The position numbers and the translations under genes are program-made. Below the pieces are notes generated by a model. It saw nothing but the letters and a program-made list of their open reading frames with translations, was not told the DNA's origin and did no database searches. Source: Piedraia hortae CBS 480.64 (Eukaryota). Taken from it: a DNA stretch of 64,000 nucleotides. Positions 45,004-57,005 of the stretch are shown here, piece by piece (position 1 is the first letter of the stretch; each line of letters opens with the position of its first letter). Location: NCBI GenBank assembly GCA_010093745.1, contig MU006010.1, positions 1 through 64,000 of the forward strand, given 5' to 3'.

Positions 45004-46645
45004 TTTGTCAAACTTTCGAGTGTTGGTTTGGTGCAAGTTTTGTGTTCGTGTGTCGCGTAGGTTGTTTGTGGGAGGGAAAAGATGAAGTTGGCCTTTCAAT
45101 AAATGAAAGCGGGCGGGTGATTACGTCATGTCACGGTCTCCACGCGTGACTCAGCATCCTTGTCATTGTCACGCAACTGTCAAAACATGATTCTGTCAAG
45201 ATGACAGATAGACATCTTCATCGTTATGTACCTGTTCTGACTCGTGTCTTTTCTAACTCCACGGCTTGGGTTTCCATTGTAAAGTGAGATGCCTGTGTCT
45301 TGATGCACGCAAACTCCAATAGCTGAGCCACTTCAGCCGCTCTCTGCTGTACCAGTCTTCTTCTGCCGACTCCAAGGATAGATCTCATGAACAGGCTGGC
45401 CTAACCGTGGTATAAGTGTCAAGCGTCACCTGCTATAGTACTGCCAATCAATCAATCAATCAGATACGTGCACTCTCTATCCTTGACAGCCGTCTATCTT
45501 GGCTGTTAAGGTCTCGGAAGATGAATGCGCATGCCAAGGCTTTCTACGTACAAATATAAGGCTACCTTGATGCCTAGTTTTGCGTGACAAGACATCTCTG
45601 AGCGTTGCATTCAATCATGCAAGGGAACAAAAACGGAACAGAGTCATAGTGATTAAGGGCCGTCCGAAGGACTGTTCATCGTAGGGCGCCATTCAAGGAC
45701 ATCTCTAGCAGCAATCACCATGGCCAGGTATTATGAGGCTTCTCATAAATGCTTTCTATCTCGGAATCACCCAGTATTGGGCCTCTGTCACCTACCTCTG
45801 CTAAACGTCGAGCGTTTGAGAGTCACACAAATATGCCGAAGGCTGCAGAAACGATCTCGATATAGCCTATGGTAAGCGAATGTATAGAGTTCCATAGTGA
45901 GGGCTTCTACGATTCGTTTGTATTCAAGTCAGATAGCAGGATTAGGCAGTGACTGTTAGCGGGTGCAGGCAAGAAAATGAAGCACCTCTCTGCCAATGAG
46001 AAAGTTGTCGCTTTATTTTCTTAACAATACTTGGACAGGTCAGGGCATATGACAGCCGTTTCATTAAAGTCGCGTGCGTCGTGGTGACCATCTTGAGTCA
46101 CATGCCGAGCAGGCTGCCAAGAATTGCCAAGAGATCCCCCAGAGCCACCCCCGCATCTGGATCTCCGCAACTCAAAATTGACCAATCCGTGATCGGATAA
46201 GTGCAGGTTCTAGCCGGACTAAGCATTCGAGCGAATCAAGGCACAACGCTGCATCCCGAGGGTGTGTTTTGTCCCCACAATTTACCCCAGATTTTGGAGC
46301 AGGGACCACTGCACGTGGATGAGAGTCATGAAGCCACGACGACTTCAGTGAACTGGCAAAGGGCGTTGTGATGCAAACAAGCTGCTACGATCCCCCCCCC
46401 TTCCCACAAAGAAAGAAAATTAGATAGATGGTAGAAAGTCAGTTAGCAAATGTCATGCCCACATTTGTTGTGATCATTAGCCGGACATTAGCGGGGATGG
46501 ACTCGTTCCAGTTGCCGTTCATGGGAGCGGCGCCGGTGATTCGCGTGTTTGGCTCGTGGCGTCAAGCAAAGCTTTAATACCTCGACATAACTCCCCTCCT
46601 TCTACTCTACCACTCACCACCTTAACACCTTAACACCTTAACATC
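45004..46645. promoter_or_regulatory. Long divergent promoter with PacC-, CreA-, CRE- and AP-1-like motifs
   Basis: GCCARG at 45498(rc), 45533, 45723, 46116 and 46126; SYGGRG at 46137, 46149, 46163, 46273, 46285 and 46491; TTACGTCA 45121; TGACTCA 45147. No long ORFs. Confidence 0.5.
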
Positions 46646-47567
46646 ATGTCGGACAAACTCTCTGATCACCAAATCGAAGCCAACGAGGGCGCCCCGCTCG
46701 AGCGCAATGTCACCATCAACCTCTCGCAAGAGCAATATGAAAGAATGTTCTTTCAGCCCGATCGCCCTCTTCATGGGGATTACGCAAAACGTTTCGGTAA
46801 ATAGTCCCGAGGTCTGTGTAGAAGAATAGGAACTGATCAATAGCCAATCCGACGTTGCTCGGTCTAATAGGACTCTTAGTCCCCTATACCGGTACCATTC
46901 TCTCTCTGTTGCAGATCGATGGCGCTCTGCCGCCGTACACGCTCATTGGCATCACCGGAGACTACTATTTCATTGGTGGTATATGCATGATTTTGTCCGG
47001 TCTCTGCGAATTTATATTAGGCAACTCATTTCCATTTGCCGTCTTTGTAGCTTTCGGCGCTCACTGGTGTTCATTGGCGTATACACAAGATCCGATCCAC
47101 CTGACGACGGAACCGTTTACCGATCTCGGAGGACCCTTGGGCAGCGCGTACCAGTCCTCGCAGGGCTTCCACAATGTCTCGATGGCCATCCTTTGCTTTA
47201 TGATTTTTATTGGCGCTTTCCGGGTCAACGCCATCTTTGTGATTTTCTTTTTCTGCATCATGATGATGTTTATCTTCATCGCTACTGCCAACTTCCACAC
47301 GCCTTCGGGAAACCTAAACCATGTGATGGCGTTGCTGAAGATTGCTGGAGGGTAAGTGCTACCCTATCTTTTGCGAGAATTCCAAGCATTTTGCTAACAC
47401 GGTGTAGATTCGGTATGGTCTGCGTGATATGCGGCTGGTATCTGTTCTTCGGGGCATTGTGTCAGGCTGTCGGCATTCCAGTACCGCTCCCGATATTCGA
47501 CCTCAGCAGCAAGGTTTTCCCGAATTATCAAGAGCGTTTGAGGAAGGAGGCTGCGAAAACTTCATGA
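46646..47567 (+). CDS. GPR1/FUN34/YaaH (Ato/SatP) family acetate or ammonia transporter; 2 introns
   Basis: YERMFFQP...KRF|ANPTLLGLIG, YYFIGG, EFILGNSFPFAVFVAFGAHW; about six TM segments. Confidence 0.88.
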
Positions 47568-47837
47568 ATTAACGACGTTCTGATGCAGGGCATCCGGGGT
47601 CATGTCGCACTGCATGTGCAGCATTGCGACCTGTAACGGTACTCTACTTGAGCACCATCATTATGATAGTGGCCTATATGCATCTATCTTAACGACTTCA
47701 GACTTTTCTTCCCCATCAAACTCACTAAACGGATCGTCCGGTGGTCTTGGCCCATTTCCACACCTTCCCTTTTGGTCAATGCAACGGCCCGAACCTAAGT
47801 TCAGCCTCGACCACCACACGACACATCCATCTAAAAC

Positions 47838-48683
47838 ATGCACAGCTCGACCAACCCCCACCAACAAATCCTCAACATATTCACCTCCATTTCCCGCAAC
47901 AACCCCCCGACAAGAACGATCCAAGGAGTAAAAAAACACCTCTACACCCGCGACTTTTCCGCCGCATTCTCCACATCCGACTCATGCAAAGCATACGTCT
48001 ACCGCTGGAGCGCAGGCCGCAGCCTAGCATACTACACCATCCTCACCTCCTTACAAGATTCCCTTCCAAACCCCACCGACGACAGCATAAGGGTCCACTC
48101 CCTCGGCGGCGGGGCGGGAGCGGAGCTAGTCGCCTTCGCGGCTTATGCAAATGTACGCGGAATCGGTCTCGATATCAGCCTTTACGATCTTGCTGATTGG
48201 GAGACCACTACATCGTGTCTTTACAAAGCTATTGCAACCCCTTCGGTTAACGCACTCGTCGCCCGCGATGTGTTCAAGATGAGGTTGCGTCGTTGCGATG
48301 TACTGGCTTGGACGGCTGAAGACGCGAGGGAGTATCTCCGCGATGCGGAGGTTGTGACTCTTTGTTTCACGCTGAATGAGCTGTACTTGGCTTCGGTTCC
48401 CAAAACGCGGCTTCTGCTGGGAAACATTGCGTCCACAGTTTCCAAGGGAGCTGTCCTTCTTATAATAGACAGTCCTGGGTCTTACTCGACTGTGCCTGTC
48501 GATGGGAAGTTGTATCCAATGAGTTACTTACTGGATCAGACTATGGAAGGGTCCCAATGTTGGGAGAAAGTTGTCAGCGAGAAGAGTAGGTGGTGTAGGC
48601 TTCCCAAGGGGTCAGAGGCCCTAAAGTATCCCATTGAGTTGGAGAATGTCAGATGTCAGGTACATTTGTACCGGAGACTATGA
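47838..48683 (+). CDS. BMT6: 25S rRNA uridine-N3 methyltransferase (DUF3115)
   Basis: VKKHLYTRDF, YVYRWSAGRSLAY, SLGGGAGAE, FTLNELY, DSPGSYS, YPMSYLLD and YPIELEN. Confidence 0.85.
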   Translation: MHSSTNPHQQILNIFTSISRNNPPTRTIQGVKKHLYTRDFSAAFSTSDSCKAYVYRWSAGRSLAYYTILTSLQDSLPNPTDDSIRVHSLGGGAGAELVAFAAYANVRGIGLDISLYDLADWETTTSCLYKAIATPSVNALVARDVFKMRLRRCDVLAWTAEDAREYLRDAEVVTLCFTLNELYLASVPKTRLLLGNIASTVSKGAVLLIIDSPGSYSTVPVDGKLYPMSYLLDQTMEGSQCWEKVVSEKSRWCRLPKGSEALKYPIELENVRCQVHLYRRL

Positions 48684-48883
48684 GTCTTGCTTCCAGCACA
48701 TTTTCAACTAGGAATGCGGTACACAATGCCCAGGGAATATCGACTGCTGATATGTAACGCCAAACCTGTAAGTTTCAGTTGACACGCTACAAAATGTTCA
48801 ACGCAAAGTACTGTCAAGACCGTCCCGAATCAACGCTGTCTCATGAAGCGCTGTATCATGAAGCATGAGTTGGTGTCTGTTCG

Positions 48884-51800
48884 TCACGCTCTCCATCTTT
48901 GATTTCCGCCCATGCTTTCTCTCGCAGCCAACTGGGCAAAACCTCCAGACTTTTGTCGCTGTGACATTGGCTGGGGTCCCCCATTACAGCCTCTTTTGAC
49001 GCCAGACGTCGCGCTTGCCGGCCCAGTCCCACTTTGTCGTCGAGTTGCGTTCTTTGCGGGAGACACTTCCCTTGCCCTTGGGGTCTCAGGCAAAGCTCTG
49101 GGCTTCTGTGCGAAAGCGTTCCCTGCCGGCCGTTTGACAGGACTGCTGCGGCCTGCCACGGAACGTCGGGCGTCATCCGATACCTGTCGTTTCGTCATCG
49201 GAACGTTGGTGATAAAGGGATGAGCGACGGCTTCCGCCGGCTTCATACGTCGGTCCGGGTCCCAACGCAAGCAACGGGCTACGAAATCCACAAAAGCCTC
49301 GTCATCCGTCTTGAGGGCCTGCGCCAACGTTTTGGAACTGGGCCTACGCCGCCTGTTCTTGGAATTGACAGCGACGCGAGGCTTGCCCATAGAATCAAAA
49401 AAGACCTTTTTGCGTGTGCACCGTTCTACCAAGTGACGGTCTGGGGGACCAAACACTTCCATGATACACGCCAGCTGCTCTTGCTCGTTCTCGCCCGGAA
49501 ACAAGGGGTAACCGGTGAAGAGCTCGGCCAAGATGCAGCCAAACGACCACATATCAATGCCTAAGCCATAGGAACTGCCCAAGATGACTTCGGGGCTGCG
49601 GTAGAAGCGGCTTTGTATGTACGTGTACACTTTTTCCTCTTCTCGACAGCTGCTTCCAAAGTCAATGACGCGGACATCGGCCTTTCTTGCGTCACAGAGC
49701 AATATATTTTCCGGTTTGAGGTCGCAATGGATGATGCGCTTCTGCTGAAGCAGCGTCAAGCAGGCCAGGAGCTGGCGGGCAATGCGCCGGATGAGGACAA
49801 GGCTGAAGCCAACAAAGTTGTGTGCGCGAATGAATTCATAGAGGTTGATGGACAAACACGGCGTGACTATGCATAGGTGGTTGCGGAAATAAAACGAGCC
49901 AGTGGTGGACAGCGTTGCATGAGCGCCATCAGGGTCCTAAACAGTCAGCAAAAGCCCATCTTGTGCTTCTTACCGCTTACCCATTCGCCCAAGCGCTTCA
50001 AAATGCCCACCTCGATTAATGCTTGCTGGTGAAATCTCTTCTTGTTGCGAATAATCTTCACCGCAACGATGCCGCCTTTTTTATGGTCGATGCAGCGCAC
50101 AACTTGGCCGAAGCTGCCTTTGCCCAGCACATCGACAACCTCGTATCGATATGCCAGATGGTCGCCAAGGACGATGTTGTAATCCCCTCGCTCGTCGTCG
50201 TACCCGTAATTACCCGTCTCGTCCTTTTTTTCCGGCGAGCCCAAAGAGCCAATGATCTTCTTGGCCTGCTTGGCGCCGGTGAAGTAGATTCCTTGGTTCT
50301 CATACTCTGTGATCTCGCCGCGTTCAAAAATATTCAGTGCAGCTCCACCAACGAGTCGGCCATTTCCTTGCAGCGCACTGGCTGGACTCACTGGTGAACG
50401 CGGAAGAGCGCGAGCTTGAAGCGCCTCCGTCGTTCGCGCAGCAGAGCCCACGTTGGCGTTTCGGCCAGAGAGCCTCCGCATCTCCTCGTCTGCAGCCAAA
50501 TCATCTTTATCCTTGACTATGGCAGATATGGAGGAGCCTGTGTCACGAAGCGGCACAGGCGGCCGGGCTCTGAGTCCGTTTCCATGGTTCTGAGTGAGCC
50601 GAGGGATCGACTGCTGCTCTTCAGTCTTCCTGCGCTCTCCCGTTGCGCCGTCTGCGGTTAACCCATTGTGCCAAGTCGCGCTTAGTGGTAGGCGTGGAGG
50701 TGGCATCTCGCTGCCGCGCTTCTGCAGTTTCATCCGCGCTGCCTTGTCCTTCTCACCTTCCTTTCCAAGTCCGTTGAGTTGCTTTTCCGCTTCGTCTTGG
50801 CTGGATCGAGCATATCGTTTGGCAGCGTCTGATTGTTCCACCACCTTGCCGCCTTTTCTCCAGCTAAGACTCAGTTTCCGTCTCAGCATATGCACTCCGC
50901 CTTCTGCTTCGCCTCGTTTCGCCTCTGTTGATTGGAATTCGGCCGGGCTGCCTACATGCTTAGCCGGAGGTCCGGCCATGGTGTTTGGTCTCGGCCCGTG
51001 CGGTTTGCTAACGATCCTCTCCGGCGTGGGAGCGCCCAAGTCGTACTCGTCCGCACCCATCAATTCACCACTCGGTTTATTGAGTAAGGAGGATGCGAGT
51101 CCAGATCCTTTGGGCATCGATCCAGAGGCAAACGGCGTAATGGCGTTACGCTGTAAGCCATCGGTAGAGATGTCTGGCGGGTCCACGTCATTGTCATCAA
51201 AGTAGAGTCTCGTCGTGTTGCCTTCGTCTTCTAGGGAGTCCCAGAGCGGACCATAGCTGGACATGCTCCTTGGTTGCCACGGTTGCTGCGCTTGCCGCTC
51301 CACAGCGCGTCGGCGGGACAAAAATGTGGCCTTTGAGGCTGTCAACGGCGTTGATGGTGTCTTTGGGGCTCGCTTTGGCTCTGGCGTGCGATTGGTTGCG
51401 TAGGCCACGTCTCGTTGCTCCAGCTCCTGGCTCGGATGGGGGAGTTCTCGAGGTATCTTGCTGGCTGTAGATGGGCCAGTAGGCAGCAGACTAAGCGGCG
51501 GAAGTCGCAGTGGTTGAAGATTATTGTTTTTTCGCCCGTTCGAGTCGACTGGTGCCTTGGACCAGAAACTACCCACTGCCTGGCCATTTGGTGCTGGAAC
51601 CTTGGACGTGGCCGACGGTATCTCGCCCGATCTCCTCCACAGCAGTTCTGATGAGTTGCGCTGAGCATCCATGCTGCGTTTCTGGCTTTGCCCGCCGTTC
51701 GCACACTCGGCTGGAGAAGGGTCAAGCTGGCTCAAATTGTCAATGATTGGCTCAGCCGTTGGCATAGATTTGGGTGAAAAGGGCTGATAGGACACCTGTG

Positions 51801-53204
51801 AACTCCCATAAGCCTTTGGAATGGCAGGAACGGGCGGTACTGTGTCCCCGTCGCAGTGGTCATTCCGCGAAGGCACCAACCTAGGCTTTGGCGTCGGCAA
51901 TCTCGAGCTTGCATTGCCCGATTGGCTACAACCTAGCGATTGGTAGCTGCTCTTGGCGCTTAGAGGAGGCCCGACGCTACTAGGACTTCCCCAGCGACTG
52001 CCAGGCGCACTCGGGACGCCTCCAACTTGCAGGTGGGATGTCCGATCGTCGGGGGATAAGGATGGCGGCATCGACATGGCACTCGTCTTTCTGGGAGTGG
52101 CGTGGGCAGGGGACAGCTGGTTCATTTGCGGCCTCTGCTCCTCATCCTGGGAGCCGCGCTCCTTCCGCGAACTAGGGAGGGGCGGAACTGGCTTGGCCGA
52201 CATTCGCTTCAGTCTTGCATCGGTAGGTGAGACAGTTCGTGCTCCCAGACCCGAAATGGTTGACCGTCGCCTGTCACCTGATGAAGGCGGTGTCTGCTCA
52301 TGCGAGGAGAAGAGTGGGCGGGAGTAGCCCCCCTCCCCGCCTCTTGCTGGCTGCTGCTGTGTGTTCCTATACATGCTGGACCGTAACGCCGGCGTTCTGG
52401 GCTGGTCGGTGGCCTGCTGCAGTCCCTTTCGTGCTGCAAAGCTGTTGGACCGAGACGGCATCGAGACGCCGGCTGGCTGTGAGATGCCTATGGGTTGTAC
52501 TTGCTTCTTGCTCCTTTCCACCGCAGCCGGGGCCGCCTTCTTTGGAGAGCGAGTGTCTGGCAACGGATGGGCCGCACCGCTGTTTGTTAGCAGACTCTGC
52601 CTCCGCGTCTTTGACGTGCTTGGCGACGCTATCCGCGTCGGGACCTGCGTCTGCGGAGTGCTCCGAGGCAGTCCCTGGCCATGGCGTTGCATCATCGCCC
52701 CCGGCTCCCCTCGCAAGTTCGGCTGCCGCGCTTTAAACCGGAGACTGTCATCACCGCTCCCTGCTCTAGAGGCCGATCCACCTCTTACAGCCGAACCTCC
52801 CCTTGAAGCGGCTCCCGATACCGCATTTGATGATGGGCTCCTCCAATTGGGATCAGAAATGGAATTTTGCAGGTCGTCAAACATCATGGTCGGCGTGGCA
52901 TCAGACACTGTCGGGCTGTCAGACTCATCTTGTGCCGCATCCCACTGGCCACCATTCGAGCGCGATTGAGCAGCGCGGCTGGTGCATAAGTCGTCGACCT
53001 GGACCTGCCGGCCAGCAGAATGTTTGTCTACTTTGCGGGAACTATCGTGCGGTGGGTCGGCGGCACCGATGCTGGTGCTGGTCAGCTACGTAAGCTACAT
53101 TTACGATATCCATACCTCTTCCCCACAGCGCCTGGATACTGGCGAGGCCCACTTGGTACACGCATGTCCCTCAAAGGTCCGGCCTTGCGGTGGTCAATTG
53201 TCAT
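48884..53204 (-). CDS. pom1: DYRK-family kinase, Pom1-like; 2 introns, start approximate
   Basis: YDDERGDY DH box, HLAYRYE, GKGSFGQV, HCDLKPEN, DFGSSC and YTYIQSRFYRSPE; long disordered N-terminus. Exon 1 joins in frame via a GTATGG intron near 53075-53115. Confidence 0.88.
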
Positions 53205-53902
53205 TGGATCCAGCTGGTTTGGTCCAGCAAATGGCGCGCGTAAGGCGTTGGCTGGAGCGTCTGTAGACCGTGGTAGCTGACGCGATGGACGGGCAATGCC
53301 GGCTGAGAAGTCAGCGTGAGTGTTACCGTGTCGTTCCATGTGACTGACCGCCTCCTGCTCGGTCATCAATGTCCCGTTGGGAACCGCGCAGGCCTTGCTC
53401 GAAACGAGTGGCCATGGCAGAGCGGGGTTCACGGCCTCATCTCCATGACGGCTGGCGCCTGTCGTCCAGAAGGTAAAAAGCCTTGGAGGGGACGTGGCGT
53501 CCTGTACAGGGGTGCGGGACGCGGCAGAGGAACGGCCCGCCCTTCACAATTCACTGGACCGTTCCGCTGGGCTGTCAACAGGGTCTCGGGGGATTACTCG
53601 CCAATCACGTTCCGTTGTGCAGTTCTCCCACGTGCAAGGGTAAGGATGATGACCTCACGGTTGTTACAGCCAGTCACGCCACCTGTAGAGTGCAGGATTA
53701 GATTCATGTACTGTTGAAGAGGTGGTTCAGTCGCTTTCGTTGACATTACAGCCGTTCTTCGGTCAGCACAGCACTCCCATTCACTTTGATAGACTTTATC
53801 TTCTTTCAACAGCACGTAGGTAGTAGTATCGTGTCGGTTTTGATCTGGCTCAAAAGAAGATAAACTGTAGCAGTCGAGATTCCCACGAGGCCTGCTACTA
53901 TA

Positions 53903-55215
53903 ATGGGTCGTGAACCAGTGATTGCTCTGGTAGGAAAGCCCTCGTCTGGCAAGTCCACGACACTTAATTCCTTGACCGATACTACTGCCAAAGTAGGTGC
54001 GAAAGCCCACTTCCACATTAGGTACCGCGATTGACAGGACCAGGTAATTTTCCCTTCACGACTATTGAACCAAATCGCGCCATTGGGTATCTGCAAATAC
54101 CCTGCGCCTGTTCCCGCCCAGAACTAGCTTCAGTCACCTCATCTCCTCTTCGGAAACTATGCAAGCCGAACCACGGGGCCTGTCAAGACGGTGTTAGAAG
54201 CGTACCGATTGAGCTGTTAGATGTAGCCGGACTAGTACCTGGTGCACACGAGGGAAAGGGACTTGGGAACAAGTTCTTGGATGACTTGCGCCATGCCGAT
54301 GCGCTAATTCATATTGTGGATGTCTCAGGAACTACGGATGCTGAGGGCAAAGCAACACGGGGATATGACCCGAGTGTCGACATTGCGTGGCTGCGTGATG
54401 AAATCGTTCGCTGGATCTTGGGTAATCTGATGCAGAAATGGGGTGGAATCAAGCGGAGACATACGGCCGTCAAGGCAACTGCAGTAGAAACTCTAAGGGC
54501 TCAGTTTTCGGGTTATGGTGCGAATGGAGCCGTGGTCGCCCGTACGTTGGACAGACTTCGCTTAAAGGAGCCACTACAGGACTGGTCGGACCAGACGGTT
54601 GAGAGCGTCGTCAACGCTTTCGTGGACGAGCGCTTTCCTACCGTTCTTGGTCTGAACAAAATAGACCACCCTGATTCTGCAAACAACATCAACAAGATCG
54701 CCAAAGCTGAAAGACCAGAAAGCATCGTTTTGTGTTCCGCCATAGCAGAAGTGTTCTTACGGAAGCTGGTCAAGCAGAGCTATATCCGATACATACCCGG
54801 CTCCGAATTTGCCGACACGCGGAAAGATTTGATCGATGCAGGGGAGCCTGATGGTGGAGGCCTCAAAGAGCCGGATGAAAAGCTTCGCAACCGCATTGAG
54901 AATGTTCGAGACATGGTGCTTTTTCGGTTTGGATCCACAGGTGTGAATCAGGTCTTGACGCGAGCTTCTGAGCTCCTCGGGCTTATCCCAGTATTTCCCG
55001 TCCGCAATGTGCACAGCTTCGGCTCAGCGGACGCTGTATTTCGGGACTGCTTGCTCGTCAAAAACGGGGCTACTGTTGCTGACGTTTGCCGAAAAGTAAT
55101 GGGCGATGCCCCTATGGCTTATGCCGAAACTGTTGGCGGCTTGCGTGTGGCAGAAGATGATCCGATCTTGCCAGGAAAAAATGACATTCTCTCGTTCAAG
55201 GTTGGAAGGGCATAG
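53903..55215 (+). CDS. OBG-family GTPase, YGR210C-like; 1 intron
   Basis: [46 protein letters not shown], and a TGS-like C-terminus. Confidence 0.9.
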
Positions 55216-55726
55216 GTGGCGTGGATTGTTACCTTTGGGCATAATAAGTGAAGGGAAGATTGGTAGGAATGTTGACATATCTATGTAGACGACGTATGAT
55301 TTGCCGGCACCAAGCGCACCGCCTGGAGGGGCTGTAAATAATTCTGCGATTGAACTGCTACACTCAATATGATCAGCAAGCCACCAGTCTCTTATTCTGG
55401 GTATGCCATGTTGGTTCGGCGATCAGGTCTGTTCGCATGCGTGGTTGGTTATAGTGTCTACCTCATGCTCATTGTGAATCGTGGTTGGTCGCCTTATGAA
55501 GAACGATTCACTCATCACGGTTGAGAGCTTTGCGGAAATTCTGTGAATGCACTTCGGTCGAAGCTTCTAACGTCGGGCGTTGTGTCTTTTTGCCAAGCCC
55601 TACCCCCCACGCACACGCATTCACGCATCATAGAATGTCAAACTCTGATTTATTTACTTTTTTGCGCCTCACATCGGGTCCACTCGCGAATCCCTGTTAA
55701 GCGTGCTCATAGTCCTATCGTATAAC

Positions 55727-56653
55727 ATGTCTCTCGACGTCGACCCAGATTCAAAAATTTGGGAGGAAGGCCATGCGGAAATTGAGGCGTTTGATTGGGA
55801 TAAAAAAGAAAACAGCGTTGAATATACCGCAAAAGACGTCGAAATGACAGGTAATGTGGATGAGAGCAGTTCGGATTTCTGCGACGATGGCGGGCCCGAA
55901 GCTGACACTAATGTTTACCCCTCTGAGGAGCATTACAAAAAAGAGGCCAGCCCCGTAGGCACGAGTCATCTCGGCGGCTCCGAAGGCATTGCAAACTTAG
56001 GCTCGGGGACTAAGGAGCCAGAAAAACTCGAGCAAGGTCCTATTCCTGGCACCATGATTACCATCCCGATTCACGCAGACAAAGTCAATAAGGACCCAAA
56101 TCTCGGACATCTAGGCCAAGAGAAAGAGCGCAGTGCATCTGCCGGGTGTCCAGGTAAGGATGAAGTTCACCCAGGCCAAGAAAGAGAGATAGGTGTGCCT
56201 GTCGAACGTTATGACGAAGATGAAGCATGCCACACCATGGGTGACAAAGGAGATGGATATGGACATGTGTCAAACTCCCGTGATCCTGACAAATCCAATT
56301 ATGTGGGTGTGAATGTTGCCAGTATCGGAGACACTATTACCACTGTAGTAGCTCGCGATCATGCCATACCTACAGAAGAGACGACAGATGCATGGGCCGC
56401 GCAGCATGCCATTGAAGGTCCAGACTCCGATCAGGAAGGAACTGTAGCCAATGAAGCCCCAGATGAGGCTGGTATTATACCGGTAAATGTTAAAGCCGAT
56501 AGAAAGTCCAAAAAGATGAAGAAAAGAAAGTCAGAGGAACAAGGTGACAAAACCCAAGGCCTGGACGAAGGCAGCAGTGCGAAACCCAAAAGGAAGCGAC
56601 AGAAAGGGTCTCATCCTGTCAGCGCACGCGAGCTTGCGATGCTGGAAAGCTAG
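55727..56653 (+). CDS. Acidic low-complexity orphan protein with basic NLS-like C-terminus
   Basis: 308-codon open frame, D/E-rich, with RKSKKMKKRK and KPKRKRQK. Confidence 0.6.
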   Translation: MSLDVDPDSKIWEEGHAEIEAFDWDKKENSVEYTAKDVEMTGNVDESSSDFCDDGGPEADTNVYPSEEHYKKEASPVGTSHLGGSEGIANLGSGTKEPEKLEQGPIPGTMITIPIHADKVNKDPNLGHLGQEKERSASAGCPGKDEVHPGQEREIGVPVERYDEDEACHTMGDKGDGYGHVSNSRDPDKSNYVGVNVASIGDTITTVVARDHAIPTEETTDAWAAQHAIEGPDSDQEGTVANEAPDEAGIIPVNVKADRKSKKMKKRKSEEQGDKTQGLDEGSSAKPKRKRQKGSHPVSARELAMLES

Positions 56654-56699
56654 GTTTTCACCAGAAGTCGAAAATCTCCGTGTACATGAAAGAGTAGCC

Positions 56700-56729
56700 G
56701 TGTAGTGTAGTGTAGTGTAGTGTAGTGTA
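56700..56729. repeat. (GTGTA)6 pentanucleotide microsatellite
   Basis: gtgtagtgtagtgtagtgtagtgtagtgta. Confidence 0.95.
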
Positions 56730-57005
56730 ATGCTGTAATAAAGTAGCTTCCACGATCAAACGAAACTGTACAGAGAAGCTAACAATGTTCCGATGAGCTG
56801 GGGCGGAGTTTTGAAAAGTTTAATTCACGACAAGTGGATGCGGGGAAGGGCCAAGCAAACTGTATATTTTTAGTGTGCGTGGTGATGCCAAGCCCGATGA
56901 CGCAACGACGACGGCAAGTCCCGCATGTGAGATGTGACATGCCGGTGGTTGTTGGTGACGTAAGGGCTGCGGGGGCGCCGGCGAGGCTTCGACACAAACA
57001 TCAAC

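Noticed and set aside
45004..46645. Telomerase RNA or another known ncRNA in the long intergenic region
   Set aside because: I saw no full CCCTAA-type template (only CCTAACC near 45400) and no recognisable snRNA, 5S or SRP motifs. An Rfam scan is still needed.
41618..47567. GGPP synthase, hydrolase and transporter as a terpene biosynthetic cluster
   Set aside because: No cyclase, P450 or prenyltransferase is present, and the neighbours NHP2 and PMP3 are housekeeping genes. It looks like the primary-metabolism GGPPS.
56766..56790. TACAGAGAAG resembling the U6 snRNA ACAGAGA box
   Set aside because: The flanks do not match U6 (no GATTAGCATGGCCCCTG) and there is no Pol III terminator context.
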